64,000 nt of DNA. It comes from Eledone cirrhosa (lineage: Eukaryota). The notes below the pieces were generated by a model. It saw only the letters and a program-made list of their open reading frames with translations, did not search any database and was not told where the DNA came from. Made by a program: the position numbers and the translations under genes. The DNA lies in NCBI GenBank assembly GCA_964016885.1, contig OZ024743.1, positions 58,466,001 through 58,530,000 of the forward strand. The letters run 5' to 3'. Numbering within the stretch: position 1 is the stretch's first letter; each line of letters opens with the position of its first letter. Below are positions 1 through 12,500 of this stretch, in pieces.

Positions 1-228
1 ATATATATTTATTTGGTTCCTTTACCGGTTTCGCAGTTCTTCTGCTTTTCAAAAGGTGAGTTGAGATGGAGGGTCTGTGGTTTTTTGAGAAAAACCACAG
101 ACCCTCCATCTCAACTCACCTTTTGAAAAGCAGAAGAACTGCGAAACCGGTAAAGGAACCAAATAAATATATATATTCAAAAAAAAAATAAGACTTCAGT
201 TGCATTTTCGATTTCATCTCTTTTTCTT

Positions 229-231
<3 letters not shown>
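1..231. mobile_element. Fold-back non-coding PLE terminal-repeat element, family A (left part truncated by window edge)
   Basis: Arms 1-85 and 90-174 are reverse complements (loop TGAG); right arm runs into (TA)n at ~230; same family at 26850-27190 and 35900-36180; HHR in each arm. Confidence 0.8.
119..156 (+). ncRNA. Minimal type I hammerhead ribozyme, U3-A8 core variant
   Basis: CCTT-TTGAAAA-GCAG aagaa CTGC-GAAA-CCGG-TA-AAGG: stem I CCTT/AAGG, stem II GCAG/CTGC, palindromic stem III; mirror copy 19-56 on minus. Confidence 0.75.
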
Positions 232-302
<71 letters not shown>

Positions 303-360
303 TGCGTGTGTGTGTGTGTGTGCGTGTGTGTATGTGTATGTGTATGTGTGTGTGTGTATG

Positions 361-403
<43 letters not shown>
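229..403. repeat. (TA)n/(TG)n compound microsatellite
   Basis: Direct reading. Confidence 0.97.
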
Positions 404-405
<2 letters not shown>

Positions 406-665
406 AAAAGAATGAAACGAAATTTCATTTCTCACTCTTAGTACGGCTGATACCTAAATATAAGTATGTATACGTACATACATATATGTGTACAGACGTA
501 CAGTAGTATGTATATATATACATACATGCACACATATATATATGTAGGTATGGGTTTACCGAACATTTATTATAATGTTCGGTTTGTTTGTAAACAAACA
601 GCCCGAATTACGCCGTACACTACTCGGCAGCCATCGCCGCTCATTTGTTCAACACTGTCGCAGGA

Positions 666-708
666 ACGATGTACAAGTTTCAAGCTTATTATCTATCGTC
701 AGCATCGT
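666..708 (-). ncRNA. Minimal type I hammerhead ribozyme (copy 1)
   Basis: Minus strand ACGATG CTGACGA TAGATAATAAGCTT GAAA CTTG TA CATCGT. Confidence 0.7.
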
Positions 709-1096
709 ATACCTTTCTGTCAGATGATTGAACGTTTGAAAGTATATACTTTCCTTATGCATATTAACGGCTAGCAGCCTAATTTGCATATCGAGTGAGT
801 TAGTCGGCCGGGCGTACCGAAAACGATAAATGGAGAAGAATGAAACGAAATTTCATTTCTCACTCTTAGTACGGCTGATACCTAAATATAAGTATGTTTA
901 CGTACATACATATATGTGTACAGACGTACAGTAGTATGTATATATATACATACATGCACACACATATATATATATGTACGTATGGGTTTACCGAACATTT
1001 ATTATAATGTTCGGTATGTTTGTAAACAAACAGCCGAATTACGCCGTACAGTGCTCGGCAACCATCGTCGCCCTTTCATTCAACACTGACACAGGA

Positions 1097-1139
1097 ACTA
1101 TGTACTAGTTTCAAGCTTATTAGCTATCGTCAGCATCGT
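1097..1139 (-). ncRNA. Minimal type I hammerhead ribozyme (copy 2)
   Basis: Minus strand ACGATG CTGACGA TAGC taataa GCTT GAAA CTAG TA CATAGT. Confidence 0.7.
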
Positions 1140-1323
1140 ATACCTTTCTGTCAGATGATTGAACGTTTGAAAGTATATACTTTCGTTTCATTCTTTTCTG
1201 TTTATCGCATTCGTTACGCCCGGCCGACTAACTCACTCGATATGCAAATTAGGCTGCTCAGCCGTTCATATGCATGAGGAAAGTATATACTTTCAAACGT
1301 TCAATCATCTGACAGAAAGGTAT

Positions 1324-1366
1324 ACGATGCTGACGATAGCTAATAAGCTTGAAACTAGTACGTCGT
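1324..1366 (+). ncRNA. Minimal type I hammerhead ribozyme (copy 3)
   Basis: ACGATG CTGACGA TAGC taataa GCTT GAAA CTAG TA CGTCGT; stem I pairs with one GU; palindromic CTAG stem III. Confidence 0.8.
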
Positions 1367-1564
1367 TCCTGTGTCAGTGTTGAACAAAAGGGCGACGATG
1401 GTTGCCGAGCACTGTACAGCAAATTCGGGCTGTTTGTTTACAAACAAACCGAACATTATAATAAATGTTCGGTAAACTCATACGTACATATATATATGTG
1501 TGCATGTATGTATATATATACATACTACTGTACATCTGTACATATATGTATGTACGTATACATA

Positions 1565-1620
<56 letters not shown>

Positions 1621-2099
1621 AGAGAGATACAGAGAGAGAGAGAGAGAAAGAAAGTGAAAGAAAAAGAGAGAAAGAGTATGTGTGTGTTTGTGTTTGTTTT
1701 TGAGCAACGGATGGTAGAATTAGTAGAGAGTTGTTTTTGTTAACATTCATTTATTACACGTGTTTCACTGTAATTGCGTGTACCTGCATCATTCTAGAGT
1801 GGGATGATACAATGCAGAAAACTGCTGACCACTGTGTTGAGTAAGAATTGTATTACTTGTTCTTCTCTCTAACTTTCACTCTGTAATATATAAATATAAT
1901 ATCATTTTATTTTATCTGGTATACTTGTATAAGAATATTTTAATGAATGGATTTATATGGACGTATTTATTTTATAGTTTAAACACCAAATGCAATGGTT
2001 TTCGTCCGGCCCTCTGTAATCTGGGTTAAAATTCCTCCGAGATTAACTCGATCCTTTATCCATTTGCCGCTCATTACATACAGGAGTGGTTGATTGACG

Positions 2100-2380
2100 G
2101 AATTAGGCAAATCTCTTGCCCGAATACTCATCAAGCCGGTTATTATCACGGTTTCCATGGGGTAAAGCACCTGAGAGTGCAAGACTCTACCCTCGATAGG
2201 ACGCCAGTCCATCGTAGTATTAAACACCCAGCTACTGCTGGTACTCATCTTCAGCTAGCATACAGGAAAACGTAAAATGAAGTGTTTTGGACAAGAACAC
2301 AACACACAATTGAGTCCAAGTACCGAACCAACAACATTATGATCATAATTCGAAAACACTTACACTTTGGCCACGCGCCT
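2100..2380 (-). mobile_element. Degenerate tRNA-derived SINE (family 2)
   Basis: Similar to 52920-53292 (gaagtgttttggacaagaacacaac...ccacgcg). Confidence 0.5.
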
Positions 2381-2717
2381 CGACGGAATTGCAGTGTCTT
2401 TTTCGAATCTATGAGTTTTGTATTCAAATCCTGTTTCCTTTAATCGGAAAAGCGGCCACGCTATTGTCAGAATTTGCGACCGACAGATAGTACACACATT
2501 CCCTAATAGACTGACCTCGTGTGGGGTATAATTAACCTAAAACTCTTCTCAAATACCAATCAAAATATGTTCATGGTTTTATGTATTCTGCAGTAAGCCG
2601 ATGAAAAATGAAGAGGAAAAAGAACGGAACCGAAAGTTATAATAGCTTTTCTCAATTGTTTAAACGCTCGATGCTTCTAATTCAGTAGTTATTACAAATG
2701 ATTATATATTCACAGAT

Positions 2718-2916
2718 TATAATAATAATTGTTTCTACATTTGGCACAAGGCCAGCAATTATCCCAGTGTATTACTGGTACTTTATTTTATCGACCCCGT
2801 AAGGATGAAAGGCAAAGTTAACCTCGGCGGGATTTGAACGCAGATCGTAAAGGAACGTAACTATGCTGGATAGCATGGCGTCCGACCCTCCACCGATACT
2901 GCCAAATAACCGCCCT
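2718..2916 (-). mobile_element. tRNA-derived SINE (family 1)
   Basis: Minus strand A-box TGGCAGTATCGG, B-box GTTCAAATCC, (ATT)n tail; close copies at 34771-34960 and 60034-60212. Confidence 0.8.
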
Positions 2917-3237
2917 ACAGATTATAATAATAATGATTGATAACCATAAATAAAGATTAAATAAAATCGGGAAAAGTATCCCTGGAGACCGTAAGAATTG
3001 GATAGAGACACCTACGGAGGATAGAATTCCCATTTCTCGTATGGCACGTGAGAGTGTGTAAACCATCAATCCAATGTGTTTTCTATGATTAGCAATAAAT
3101 TATTCTAGCTATCTGTATTGTGGGGAATATATTTTCAAAGTGTTAAACATTAGGCCAAACTGTTCTTGACCACTAATTACCCCACATTTTCCAGTACTTC
3201 GCAAATAATTCATGTCTATTTAAATATAACTCTCAAG

Positions 3238-3450
3238 GAGCGTAGTTTTATTGATCAGTGTGTTCAGCTCACGATCGTGACTTTGATTCCGCTCGAAGAG
3301 TGACGTCATTGAGCAAAACACTTGATTTCACCTTGTTCTATTCCACTCAGTCAGCTGGTAGCACCTGCAAGTGTCCTAATGGTGAACTGTCATACGGAGT
3401 GGAGTATCTGGCGCATTGTAAACCTGGCTGAGTCCATTATACTACAGTTC
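3238..3450 (+). mobile_element. Degenerate tRNA-derived SINE (family 2)
   Basis: tRNA-like head then ttgagcaaaacacttgatttcac...ccactcag, shared with 17100-17410. Confidence 0.45.
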
Positions 3451-3608
3451 GAAACATAGTCGATTTCTTCCACAGAGAGAAGGGGGAGAAAGAGATAAGG
3501 GGTAAGAGAAAGGGTTGAGAAAGATATAAGGGTTAGAGAGAGGGAGGGGGAAAGAGGGGGGAAGAGAAAGAGGTGGAGAGAAAGAGAGAAGGGGTAAGAT
3601 AGAGAGAT

Positions 3609-3639
<31 letters not shown>

Positions 3640-3877
3640 TGTTTCTTTATTAGCCACAGGGGCACAAAAGAAGGGGACAAATACAAAGGGGGAGGTTTAC
3701 ATACAATAAAAACGTGTAAAATATTATCACAAATGCAATTTAAAAATTAGTCGATTTTGCCCAATAGGGGGAGACATTACATATGGGTAACACATACACC
3801 CGAAAAAATGTGCAACCCTCATCTCCAGGAGTACGAAGAGTTTGTACCCCTTTCCTCTCCTCCTCTTTTTCCTCAAC

Positions 3878-6800
3878 CTACAGGCTGATATAGAGAGAAG
3901 GCCCATTCACTCGGGTTTCTCGCCACTTTCACCCACCTTTCATAAAACTTGCTGGGGTACAGCACCTCTCTCTCCATCCTGACTCTTCATCAAAACTTGT
4001 ATTTGAAAAAAAGAATCATTTGTTGGCCGGAGAGAAAGGTGTCTGACCTCAGCCCTTTCAACCTTGTCCACCATACAACCTCTTTCGCCATAGCTATCAC
4101 ACAAAGGAAAACCGCCTCTCCTTCGTTTTTGAAGGAGGGTGGCGGTTTGATCATGACAATGGACACGGTGGTCAACCGGAGTGGTCTCACCCGCGACAAT
4201 AGTCGTTCTACATAGCCCCACAGGTCGGTAACGCCCGGGCAGTGTATGAATGCGTGCGCGACGGTTTCTTCGTCTCGCACGCACCTCGGACAGATCTTTT
4301 TCGAAGGGTCCCTGTCCGGGCGCCCATGTCTGTAGAGCTTGTCTCGAACTGGTAGAGCTCCTCGGTAGCACTGCCAGGCCAGGGACTTTTGGAAGTTGTC
4401 CATCGGTCCCGGCGGAAGGTCCTACCGAACAGACTGGCCAGTTCGTCTTCCTCTACGCCTAGAGTTTCACCAAGCGAGTCGTCGCACTTGCTGAGGATCA
4501 ACCCTCTATAGAATGATGAAGTGGAGTCAACACTAATCGCCGGGTCCGCCAGCCAGAGGGCTGTGAGCGCCTGAGCACATTCGATGTGCCAGTCGCCCAT
4601 TTTCCTCGGTCTTTGCTTGACCCAGGACTGCAGCTCCGTCAGCGAGACGAGTCGTGGTAAGGCTCGCCTTACGAACGGGGCTCACACCGGTTGTCCGGTG
4701 AGGAATACGTAGAGATGCCGCAGCCTGAGCGCGTGTTTGCGCATCGTCAGCCACGGCATTCCCAGCCCTCCGTTGGAAGGGTGTTGGCAGTAGATGGATC
4801 TTCTCACCAAAGGAGCCCGCCTCTTCCAAAGGAATTGGAAGAGCGCGCGCTCCATTTTGGTGAGCGTTTTGGCTGGACAAGGCACGATGGTCAAGCGGTA
4901 GTAGATGGCGGACGCTATAAAAGTGTTCGCCACCTCCGCTCGACCTTTCATGGATAGTTTGCACTCGGCCCACTTCTGGGTGAGTGCCATCACCTCGTTC
5001 CAGTTCTTATCCACATGGATATCTTGACCAAAGCAGACCCTGAGCAGCTTTACCGATCCTTCCGTCCAGCGTCCGACGACGCCATCGGAAGGCATCGCTT
5101 TGCCTCTCCACGATCCGATTTGCAAACCGATGGACTTGTCCCGGTTCAGCTTCGCTCCTGTGAAACTTTCCCATTCCCGGTTCCAGAGAGATGCCCTGCA
5201 ATAGCTCCAACTTCCACAGTAGTGGCTCGAGAGTCAGTACGTACAGAAGGGAGGAGAGAGGGCATCACTGTCGAATGGATCGCATGATATAGAATGGCTC
5301 CGAGAGGTAGCCGTTCACCTTGACCTTTGTGCAGATATTGCTGTTGTGCATTGCAGCAATCCAGCCCCTGAACACGGGTCCGAAGCCTAACGCCTCGAGC
5401 ACCGCATCCAGGTAACGATGGTCAACCCTATCGAAAGCCTTAGACTGATCCAAGTTGATCAGGGCCCCACCGAAGCCGGGTTTATACCCTACCCTCTCTA
5501 GGATATATCGCATGAGGTGGAGGTTGTCGTATATGGACCTGGTCGGGATTGCGCATGTCTGCCACCAGGTTCTCGACGACAAGCGTCAGCCTCTTTGCCA
5601 ACACCTTGGCCAAAATCTGTAACTCTGTGTTTAGCAGAGTGATGGGCCGGAAGTTGCCTATGTCATCCCCCTTATTCTCGTCCTTCGTGACTTGTGTGAC
5701 TACGCCCCCGGTCACAGAACTGGGAATTCTCCCGTTCTGCTGCCACTTGCAGTAGACCGCTTCCAGGAGACCAGACAATAAATCCGGCATTGCTACTAAA
5801 ATTCGTAGGGTAGACCGTCGAGACCTGGAGATTTGCGTTTGCCGCATTGGCTCAGTGCGTCCCCTATCTCAGCGGCTGAAATCGGCTTTTCGCAGAACTT
5901 CTCGCTGTCCGAGAGTTGCGGTAGGCCGTCGAGTTATGGACCGAAATCCATAGCCCCTCCTGGCACGCCGCCCTTCCCGAATAGTTGAGCAAAGTGCCAC
6001 TGAAAGGCCGTACACATCTGCTTCGGCTCACGTATCACGCGTCCGTCTTGGTCCTTCGTAGACCGAATCGTGGACATGTTGCCACTTTTTTCCTCCGTCA
6101 CTAGGGCCCAGCTAACGGACTTTGGCCCCCTCGTTACCCAGAGGACGTATTTTGCTCCTGACAACGCAGCCCTCGTGCTTTGCGTCGAAGAACTGGTCCA
6201 ATGCCGTTCTCGTTGCTAGCACGCTGGCTAAGTTGCCACTTCTAATTGCCTCTTCTACATTATCAACCAGTTCCTTCTCTGTCCTATTTCTATCTAACGC
6301 TAATTCTTTACTAAAAACTAACGAGTCTAATCTAACTGCCCTCTTGAGAGAGTACTACCATCTGTTTTTGGCAATGGCCCCTGACAAGTGCTGTTTAACT
6401 AAAGTGCTCATCCGTCTACTGAAGGCTTTGCATGTCGGTTACGACAATTTCCGCTTCCAGTAGCCGGGTCCTTATCTATGTGTTCTATCAAGGTTGACCA
6501 TGCTGCTCACTAGTTTGTGATCTGAATAGGCAACCATGAACATTTGTGGACAGCTTAACATGTCCCTATCCTTATTTCTAACTAGAACCCTATCTAGGTA
6601 CGATCTAGATGTTCCGTTGTAATTAGTCCACAGTGGCACAGTCGGAAAATCTAGTCGATATCTATCGGCCAGGTCAAATCTGCCGATAAACTGTTTGAGG
6701 CTGTTACACCCCCCTTTATCGGGACATGCTTCCACATAGTCCCAACGTGCATCTCTGATTCTATTCCAGTCCCCACTAAAAGCAAGGAGCGGGACGTTCC

Positions 6801-7187
6801 CAGAAAAGTCTCTAGACGTTTGATGACGTCTGGCCGCGGTGTCCCGGATGGGGCATATGCGGCCACCAGCCTGAAGGCTCCAGCTTCGATACCGTCAACG
6901 TCTAGGACCACCAGTCGACCCTCCAGGTCCAGATGTACCGTCTGTATTACGTGGCCCAGGTGTTTCCGCCGTAAAACGGCAATCCCCACTCCCCCCGGCT
7001 GACAGAATGATGCGTAGATCTCAAAGTCATCGAAGATGGGGGCCAGCTGTCGCTCGCTGTGGATCCTGGACTCGCAAATGGCTACTACATCCATACTGTG
7101 CGACCTGAGGTCGTTTAAGAGTTGGCCCTGTTTCCAGGGCATCCCCAGGCCGCGTACATTCACACATCCAACTCTTATATTGGCCAT
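3878..7187 (-). pseudogene. Tx1 ORF2 (APE endonuclease-reverse transcriptase), multiple frameshifts
   Basis: VNVRGL, SRSYLDR, YSDHKLV, NFRPITLLN, LDQSKAFDRVDH, GGLGMP, CPRC..ETVAHAFIHC distributed across frames. Confidence 0.92.
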
Positions 7188-7227
7188 GTTGGTTCTGAAA
7201 AGTTAAAAGAAGAGTAGAAGAAAACAC

Positions 7228-9038
7228 TCACCTCTTCGTCTCCAGGGGATCAGGCCGCATGATTTCCATGGGAGTGTTAGAGGGGTTGTCTGGGTGGGTG
7301 GTGTTTTCCAGCGGGGTGGAGAGGAGATGTTTGGTGGGTTGGGGGTGTCTGGTGGGGTGGGGGTGTCTGGGGTGAGGGTGGGGAAACTTTTTAAAAGGAC
7401 GCGGTTAATGGGTTTAACACAAGGATCACCCATGTCCTTAGGAAAGTTTTCCTTTAAAGACTTATAGGTGTCCGTAGGGACCCTAATCATCTTTAAATTA
7501 GGTTTGTCTACACAGTTCGAAAAAGTTTCCCCTTCGATTTTCACCGAAGGGTCGTTGGAGATGACCTCCATTAAAGTTTTGTTTTTACTCTTTATGTATG
7601 TGTAATGTTCTTGTTGTGTTGCGGTGGTTTTTGTCTGTTGTTCTTGTGGGAGCTTTCGTTTTGTTGTAGGTGTTTGGAGTGATGTCGTGGTTTTGTTTTC
7701 GGGACGGGGGTTTTTTGTTTGTAATGTTTGTGTTGTTTGTGTTGGTGGTTATATGTTTGTAGTGATGTTTGTTATTTTTTTGTTCTTGTGGTTTCTTTTC
7801 TTCTTTCTTTTCGAACGGAGAGGCTCTCCCTCATCGTCACTTGGTGATGATGAGGGGGCCTCGTCCGTTGTGGTGTCTGTGTTATTAGGAAGGGGTATGT
7901 TTTGGGGAGCTGTTGTGTTTGTGGGTGTTTTTGCAGTGGTTTTAGGTGGAGTGGGTTGGGTGGGACTGTGCGTGCAGGTTGGTTTGTTGTTCTTGTTTTG
8001 GTTATGTTTGCGTGTTGTTGTTGTTGTTGTTGCGTGTTGTTGTGGTGGTGGTTGTTGTGTTGTTGTTTTGGGTGTTGGCAGTAGTGCCTCTTTTTTTTTG
8101 TAGTTAACTGAGGACAGTAAGCCTTCAGGTGACCTCTGCTTAAACAGTGGTAACATGAAGGCCGCCTACTCTCAACAGAAATGTTTATGTATGAAATTCC
8201 ATCTAGAGGCACACGTTGAGGTATTTTAGCTATCCGTTCTTGCCTCATTTGGACCAGAACTTCCATGCTTGTACCATTGAATGTGCCTCTGAAGGATTTT
8301 CCCACCGAAATGATGGTGTCTTCGTCGAAATCGATGAAGACAGTTAAAACCCACTAGACGTTTACATTTGGTGCAATGTTCGAAATGTTTATCTTTTGTG
8401 TCCTTTTCCCCATACATGTGGGGAAAAAGGTGTAAAGGGAGGACACAATCGGTGATACAGAATATTTTTGTGCCGTCACTTGGTCTTTCAACAACACTAA
8501 AATGCTTCCAAAAAGTTTCCCTAATTCTTTAGAACCAGTTCAATGTCGTTTTGGGTAAATTGAACTGGTTTTTTCGACACATTTGAAACCATACTAAAAA
8601 TTACTTTTAAGGAGAAGTAATGCTGAAAGCACCACTCTCACCAAAAGTTACATACTGTTTTGCATCGCTTAACATTTCCCTAGCATTGGAAATGTTAAGG
8701 TATGTGAACAGTTCCGTCTTTTGGACTGTTTGAGCAAAGGAAATATTTTCCTTGTTCGTGGAGTTGTTCGTGTTGTTCTTGTTGGTGGTGTTGTTGTTAT
8801 CCTTGTTGCTGTTGTTGTTCTTGTTGTCATTATTGTTATTGTTCTGGTCGGTATTGTTTATATTTTGCATGTTATTGGTGTTTGTGTTAGTGTTGATGTT
8901 ACAATCAACGTCCGACATCGTGTTTGCAAAACTGACGAGATTTTCGATGTCTTTCAATGAGGCGGTGAGAGGAGGTGACTGCGAGCTTAACACTCTTACC
9001 GCCTCTCCACCACTTGTAGTACTGAACTCAGCGTCCAT
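7228..9038 (-). pseudogene. Tx1 ORF1 (Gag-like, zinc knuckle), frameshifted
   Basis: CYHCLSRGHLKAYC; homologous to 13025-14896; C-terminus MEIMRPDPLETKR* matches MEIEQLDLQETKR* of copy 2. Confidence 0.8.
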
Positions 9039-9257
9039 GACTGAATGCAAGATTTGTTTACAATTTTTTCACCGACGAAATTTTTTCAAACGAATATTTC
9101 ACCCCAGGGAGGGGTGAAGATGACTTGACTCACCGTCTGAAAGTCCAGACGTGGGGTCAAGCTATAAAATAGTATCAAATTTAACAATAAATCTTTGATT
9201 TCTTACTTAGAAAATCAACAAAAATTAACCAGAGAACTGGCACAGGTCTCAAGTAAA

Positions 9258-9314
<57 letters not shown>

Positions 9315-9573
9315 TAGATAGATCGATAGATAGATACATTTTTTTTATTTGCCACAAGGGCACATAAGAAAAGGGGACAATACAAAGACATGCCGGGGAT
9401 TTTACATACAGTCGGGTAAAAAATATAAAAACAAAGAATTACAACAATCGAAAGCGCCAATAGGGGGGAAGCGCCACAAATGGGTTGTTTAATACCCCGT
9501 CGATAGAACAACCCTCAACTGCAGGAGCGCGTTGTGCAAGTGCTCCTTTCTTTCTTTTGCTCTCTTCTTCAAC

Positions 9574-12500
9574 CTACAGGCTTATAAACAGAGAAGGCGC
9601 AATCACTCGGGCCATTTTCGCTTCATTCACCTAACTTTCAGTAAATTTACTGGGGTGCAGAGCCTCTCTCTCCACTCTGATTCTCCTTCTAAAGTGATAC
9701 TTAAAGAAGGGAATCAATTGTTGTCCGGAGAGAAAGGCATCTGTCCTCAGTCCTCTCAATCTCGTCCACCATAAAACTTCTTTCACCATGGCCACCGTAC
9801 AAAGGAAAACTGCCTCTCTTTCGTTTTTGAAAGAGGCTGGAGGTTTGATCCTTACTATGGAATCGGCAGTCAACTGGATTTGTCCCATATGCGACAGAAG
9901 TTGTTCTGCATAGTTTCACAGGTCGGTTACGCCCGGGCAGTGTACAATTGCGTGCAGGACTGTTTCAATGTCCTGCGCGCATCTTGGACACGTCCTTTTT
10001 GAAGGATCCCTGCCGGAGCGTCCGTGCCTGTAGATCTTGTCACGAACCGGTAGAGTTCGGTAGCACTGCCAGGCCAGGGACCTCTGGAAGTTGTCCCTAG
10101 GTCCCGGGTGGAAAGTCCTATCAAACAGACTGATGAGCTCATCGTCTTCGACGCCCAGAGTCTCTCCGAGCACGTCATCGCCCTTGTAACGTACAATCCC
10201 TCTATAGAATGTCGAAGTGGAGTCTCCACTGATTGCTGCGCCGGCTTGCCAGAGTACTGTAAGCGCCTGAGCGCATTCACTGTGCCAGGCGCCCATCGAT
10301 TTCGGTCTTTCTTGACCCAGGACTGCAGCTCCGTCAGCGAGACGAGCTGTGGCAAAACCTGTCTCACAAACGGTGCCCACACCGGTTGGGGGTCGGTGAG
10401 GAATACCTGGAGATGCCGCAGCCTCAGCGCATGTTTGCGCATCATCAGCCACGGCATTCCCAGCCCTCCGTTGGAAGGGTGCTGACAGCAGACGGATCTT
10501 CTCACTAGCGGAGCCTGCTTCTTCCACAGAAACTGAAAGAGCATGCGTTCCATCTTGGCGAGGTGTTCACGGGGACAAGGCACGACAGTCAAGCCGTAGT
10601 AGATGACGGACGCTATGAAAGTGTTCGCCACATCCGCTCGACCTTTCAAGGACAGTTTGCACTCTGCCCACTTCTGGGTGAGTGCAAACACCTTGGCCGT
10701 GACCTCGTTCCAGTTTTTTCTACACCTGGAGGTCTAGACCGAACCAGACCCCGAGCAATTTCACCGGTCCGTCCGTCCAGCGTCCAACGACGCTGTCGGA
10801 CGTCATCGGTTTGCCTCTCCACGTAGCGAGTTGCAAACCGACAGACTTGTACGGGTGTAGTTTTGCTCCCGTCAGCGCGTTTCGTATTCTTTCAGTAAGT
10901 TGCCGATCACCCCGTCGGCATAAGCCGACGCCGCTTTGCGCATTCCTGGTTCTAGAGGGATGCCCTAAAACATCTCCAATTTCCGCAGTAGTGGCTCTAG
11001 AGTCAATACATACAGAATTGAGGAGAGAGGGCATCCCTGTCGAATGGAACGTGTGATTGCGAACGGTTCCGATAGGTAGCCGTTCACCTTGACCCTCGAG
11101 AAAATGCTGGTGTGCATCGCCTCGATCCAGCCTCTGAACACGAGACCGAAACCGGCCGACTTGAGAACCGCTTTCAAGTATCGATGGTCGACCCTATCGA
11201 ATGCCTTAGACTGATCCAAATTGATCAGGGCCCCACCGAAGCTGGGTTTACTACCCACCCTCTCTATGATGTATCGCATGAGGTGGAGGTTGTCGTGTAT
11301 GGACCTGGTCGGGATTGCGCACGTTTGCGCTTTCCCTAACAGGTTCTCGACGACAAGCGCCAACCTCGTCGCTAACACCTTGGCTAAAATCTGTAACTCT
11401 GTGTTGAGCAGAGTTATGAGCCTGAAGTTGTTAATTTCGTCCCCCTTGTTCTCGTCTTTCCTGATCAGCGTTACTACGCCCTTGCCTGCAGAATTGGGAA
11501 TTCTCCCGTTCTGCTGCCAATTGCAGTAGACGGCTTCGAGGACGCCAGAGAACAAGTTCGGCATGTCTATGTAAAACTCATAGGGTAGACCATCTAGACC
11601 GGGTGACTTGCGTTTCCCGCAGCGGCCCAGAGCGTCCCGTATCTCAGTGTCCGTGATTGGTCTATCGCAGAATTCGGCGTCCGTGTTCGAGAGACGCGGT
11701 AGGCCGTCGAGGTATGAACTAAAGTCCATTGCCCCGTTCGACTCACCGTCGTTCTGCTCAAACAGTCGCGCAAAGTGCTGCTGAAAGGCCGCGCACATTT
11801 GCTTGGGGTCAAGTAGCACGCGTCCGTTTTGATCTTTCAAAGACCGAATCGTGGACTTGTTGCTACTTTTTGCCTCCGCCACTCGCGCCCAGCTGACAGC
11901 TTTCGCTCCTTCATTTCCTAGAGCAAGTGTTTTTCTTCTGACCACGCAGCCTTCGTGTTTCGCATCGAAGAACTGGTCCAGTGCCGTTCTCGACGCTAAC
12001 ATTCTAGCCGCATTGCCACTTCTAAGTGTCTCTTCTACCTTGGCTTTTAGTTCTCTTTCTAGTTTGTTTTTCTCTAAGGCTAACTCTCTGCTAAAACCTA
12101 TCGATTCTATTCTAATTGCTTTCTTGAGAGAGTACCACCATCTATTGTTGACGATGGTTCCTGTTAACTGTTGCTTGACTAGTTTACTTATCCGTTCACT
12201 ATAAGCTTTACGTGCCGGCAACGACACGTTAAGCTTCCAGTATCCGGGTCCTTGTTTATGTGTTCTAACACGGTTGATTAAGTAGACGACTAATTTGTGA
12301 TCTGAATAGGCAACCATGTACATTCGTCGACAGCTTAACATCTCCTTGTCCCTTTCTCTCATGAAGAACCTATCTAAATACGATCTAGATGTTCCGCTGC
12401 GGTTTGCCCACGTCCACTGTGGTGCAGTCGGGAAATCCAGTAGATACCTATCGGCCAGTTGGAATTGGCCGATTAAAGTTTTGAGGCTGTTGCACCCCGC

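Larger units (their letters stand above)
404..1570. mobile_element. HHR-bearing ~431-nt tandem repeat (about 1.8 units on minus) plus inverted copy; retrozyme- or pLTR-like
   Basis: 404-830 repeated at 832-1184; 1181-1570 is the reverse complement and crosses the unit junction; both ends in (TA)n. Confidence 0.75.
3641..9262 (-). mobile_element. Tx1/L1-clade non-LTR retrotransposon, copy 1 (full length, decayed)
   Basis: ORF1 with CCHC knuckle; ORF2 APE endonuclease + RT; 3' AATAAA followed by (TATC)n; 5' end abuts (TA)n. Confidence 0.92.

Noticed and set aside
1-231. Hairpins as classical DNA-transposon MITEs or pure assembly artefacts
   Set aside because: Variable apexes and ends, arm substitutions, embedded HHRs and, for two families, direct linkage to PLE ORFs argue for retroelement origin; read-level confirmation still advisable
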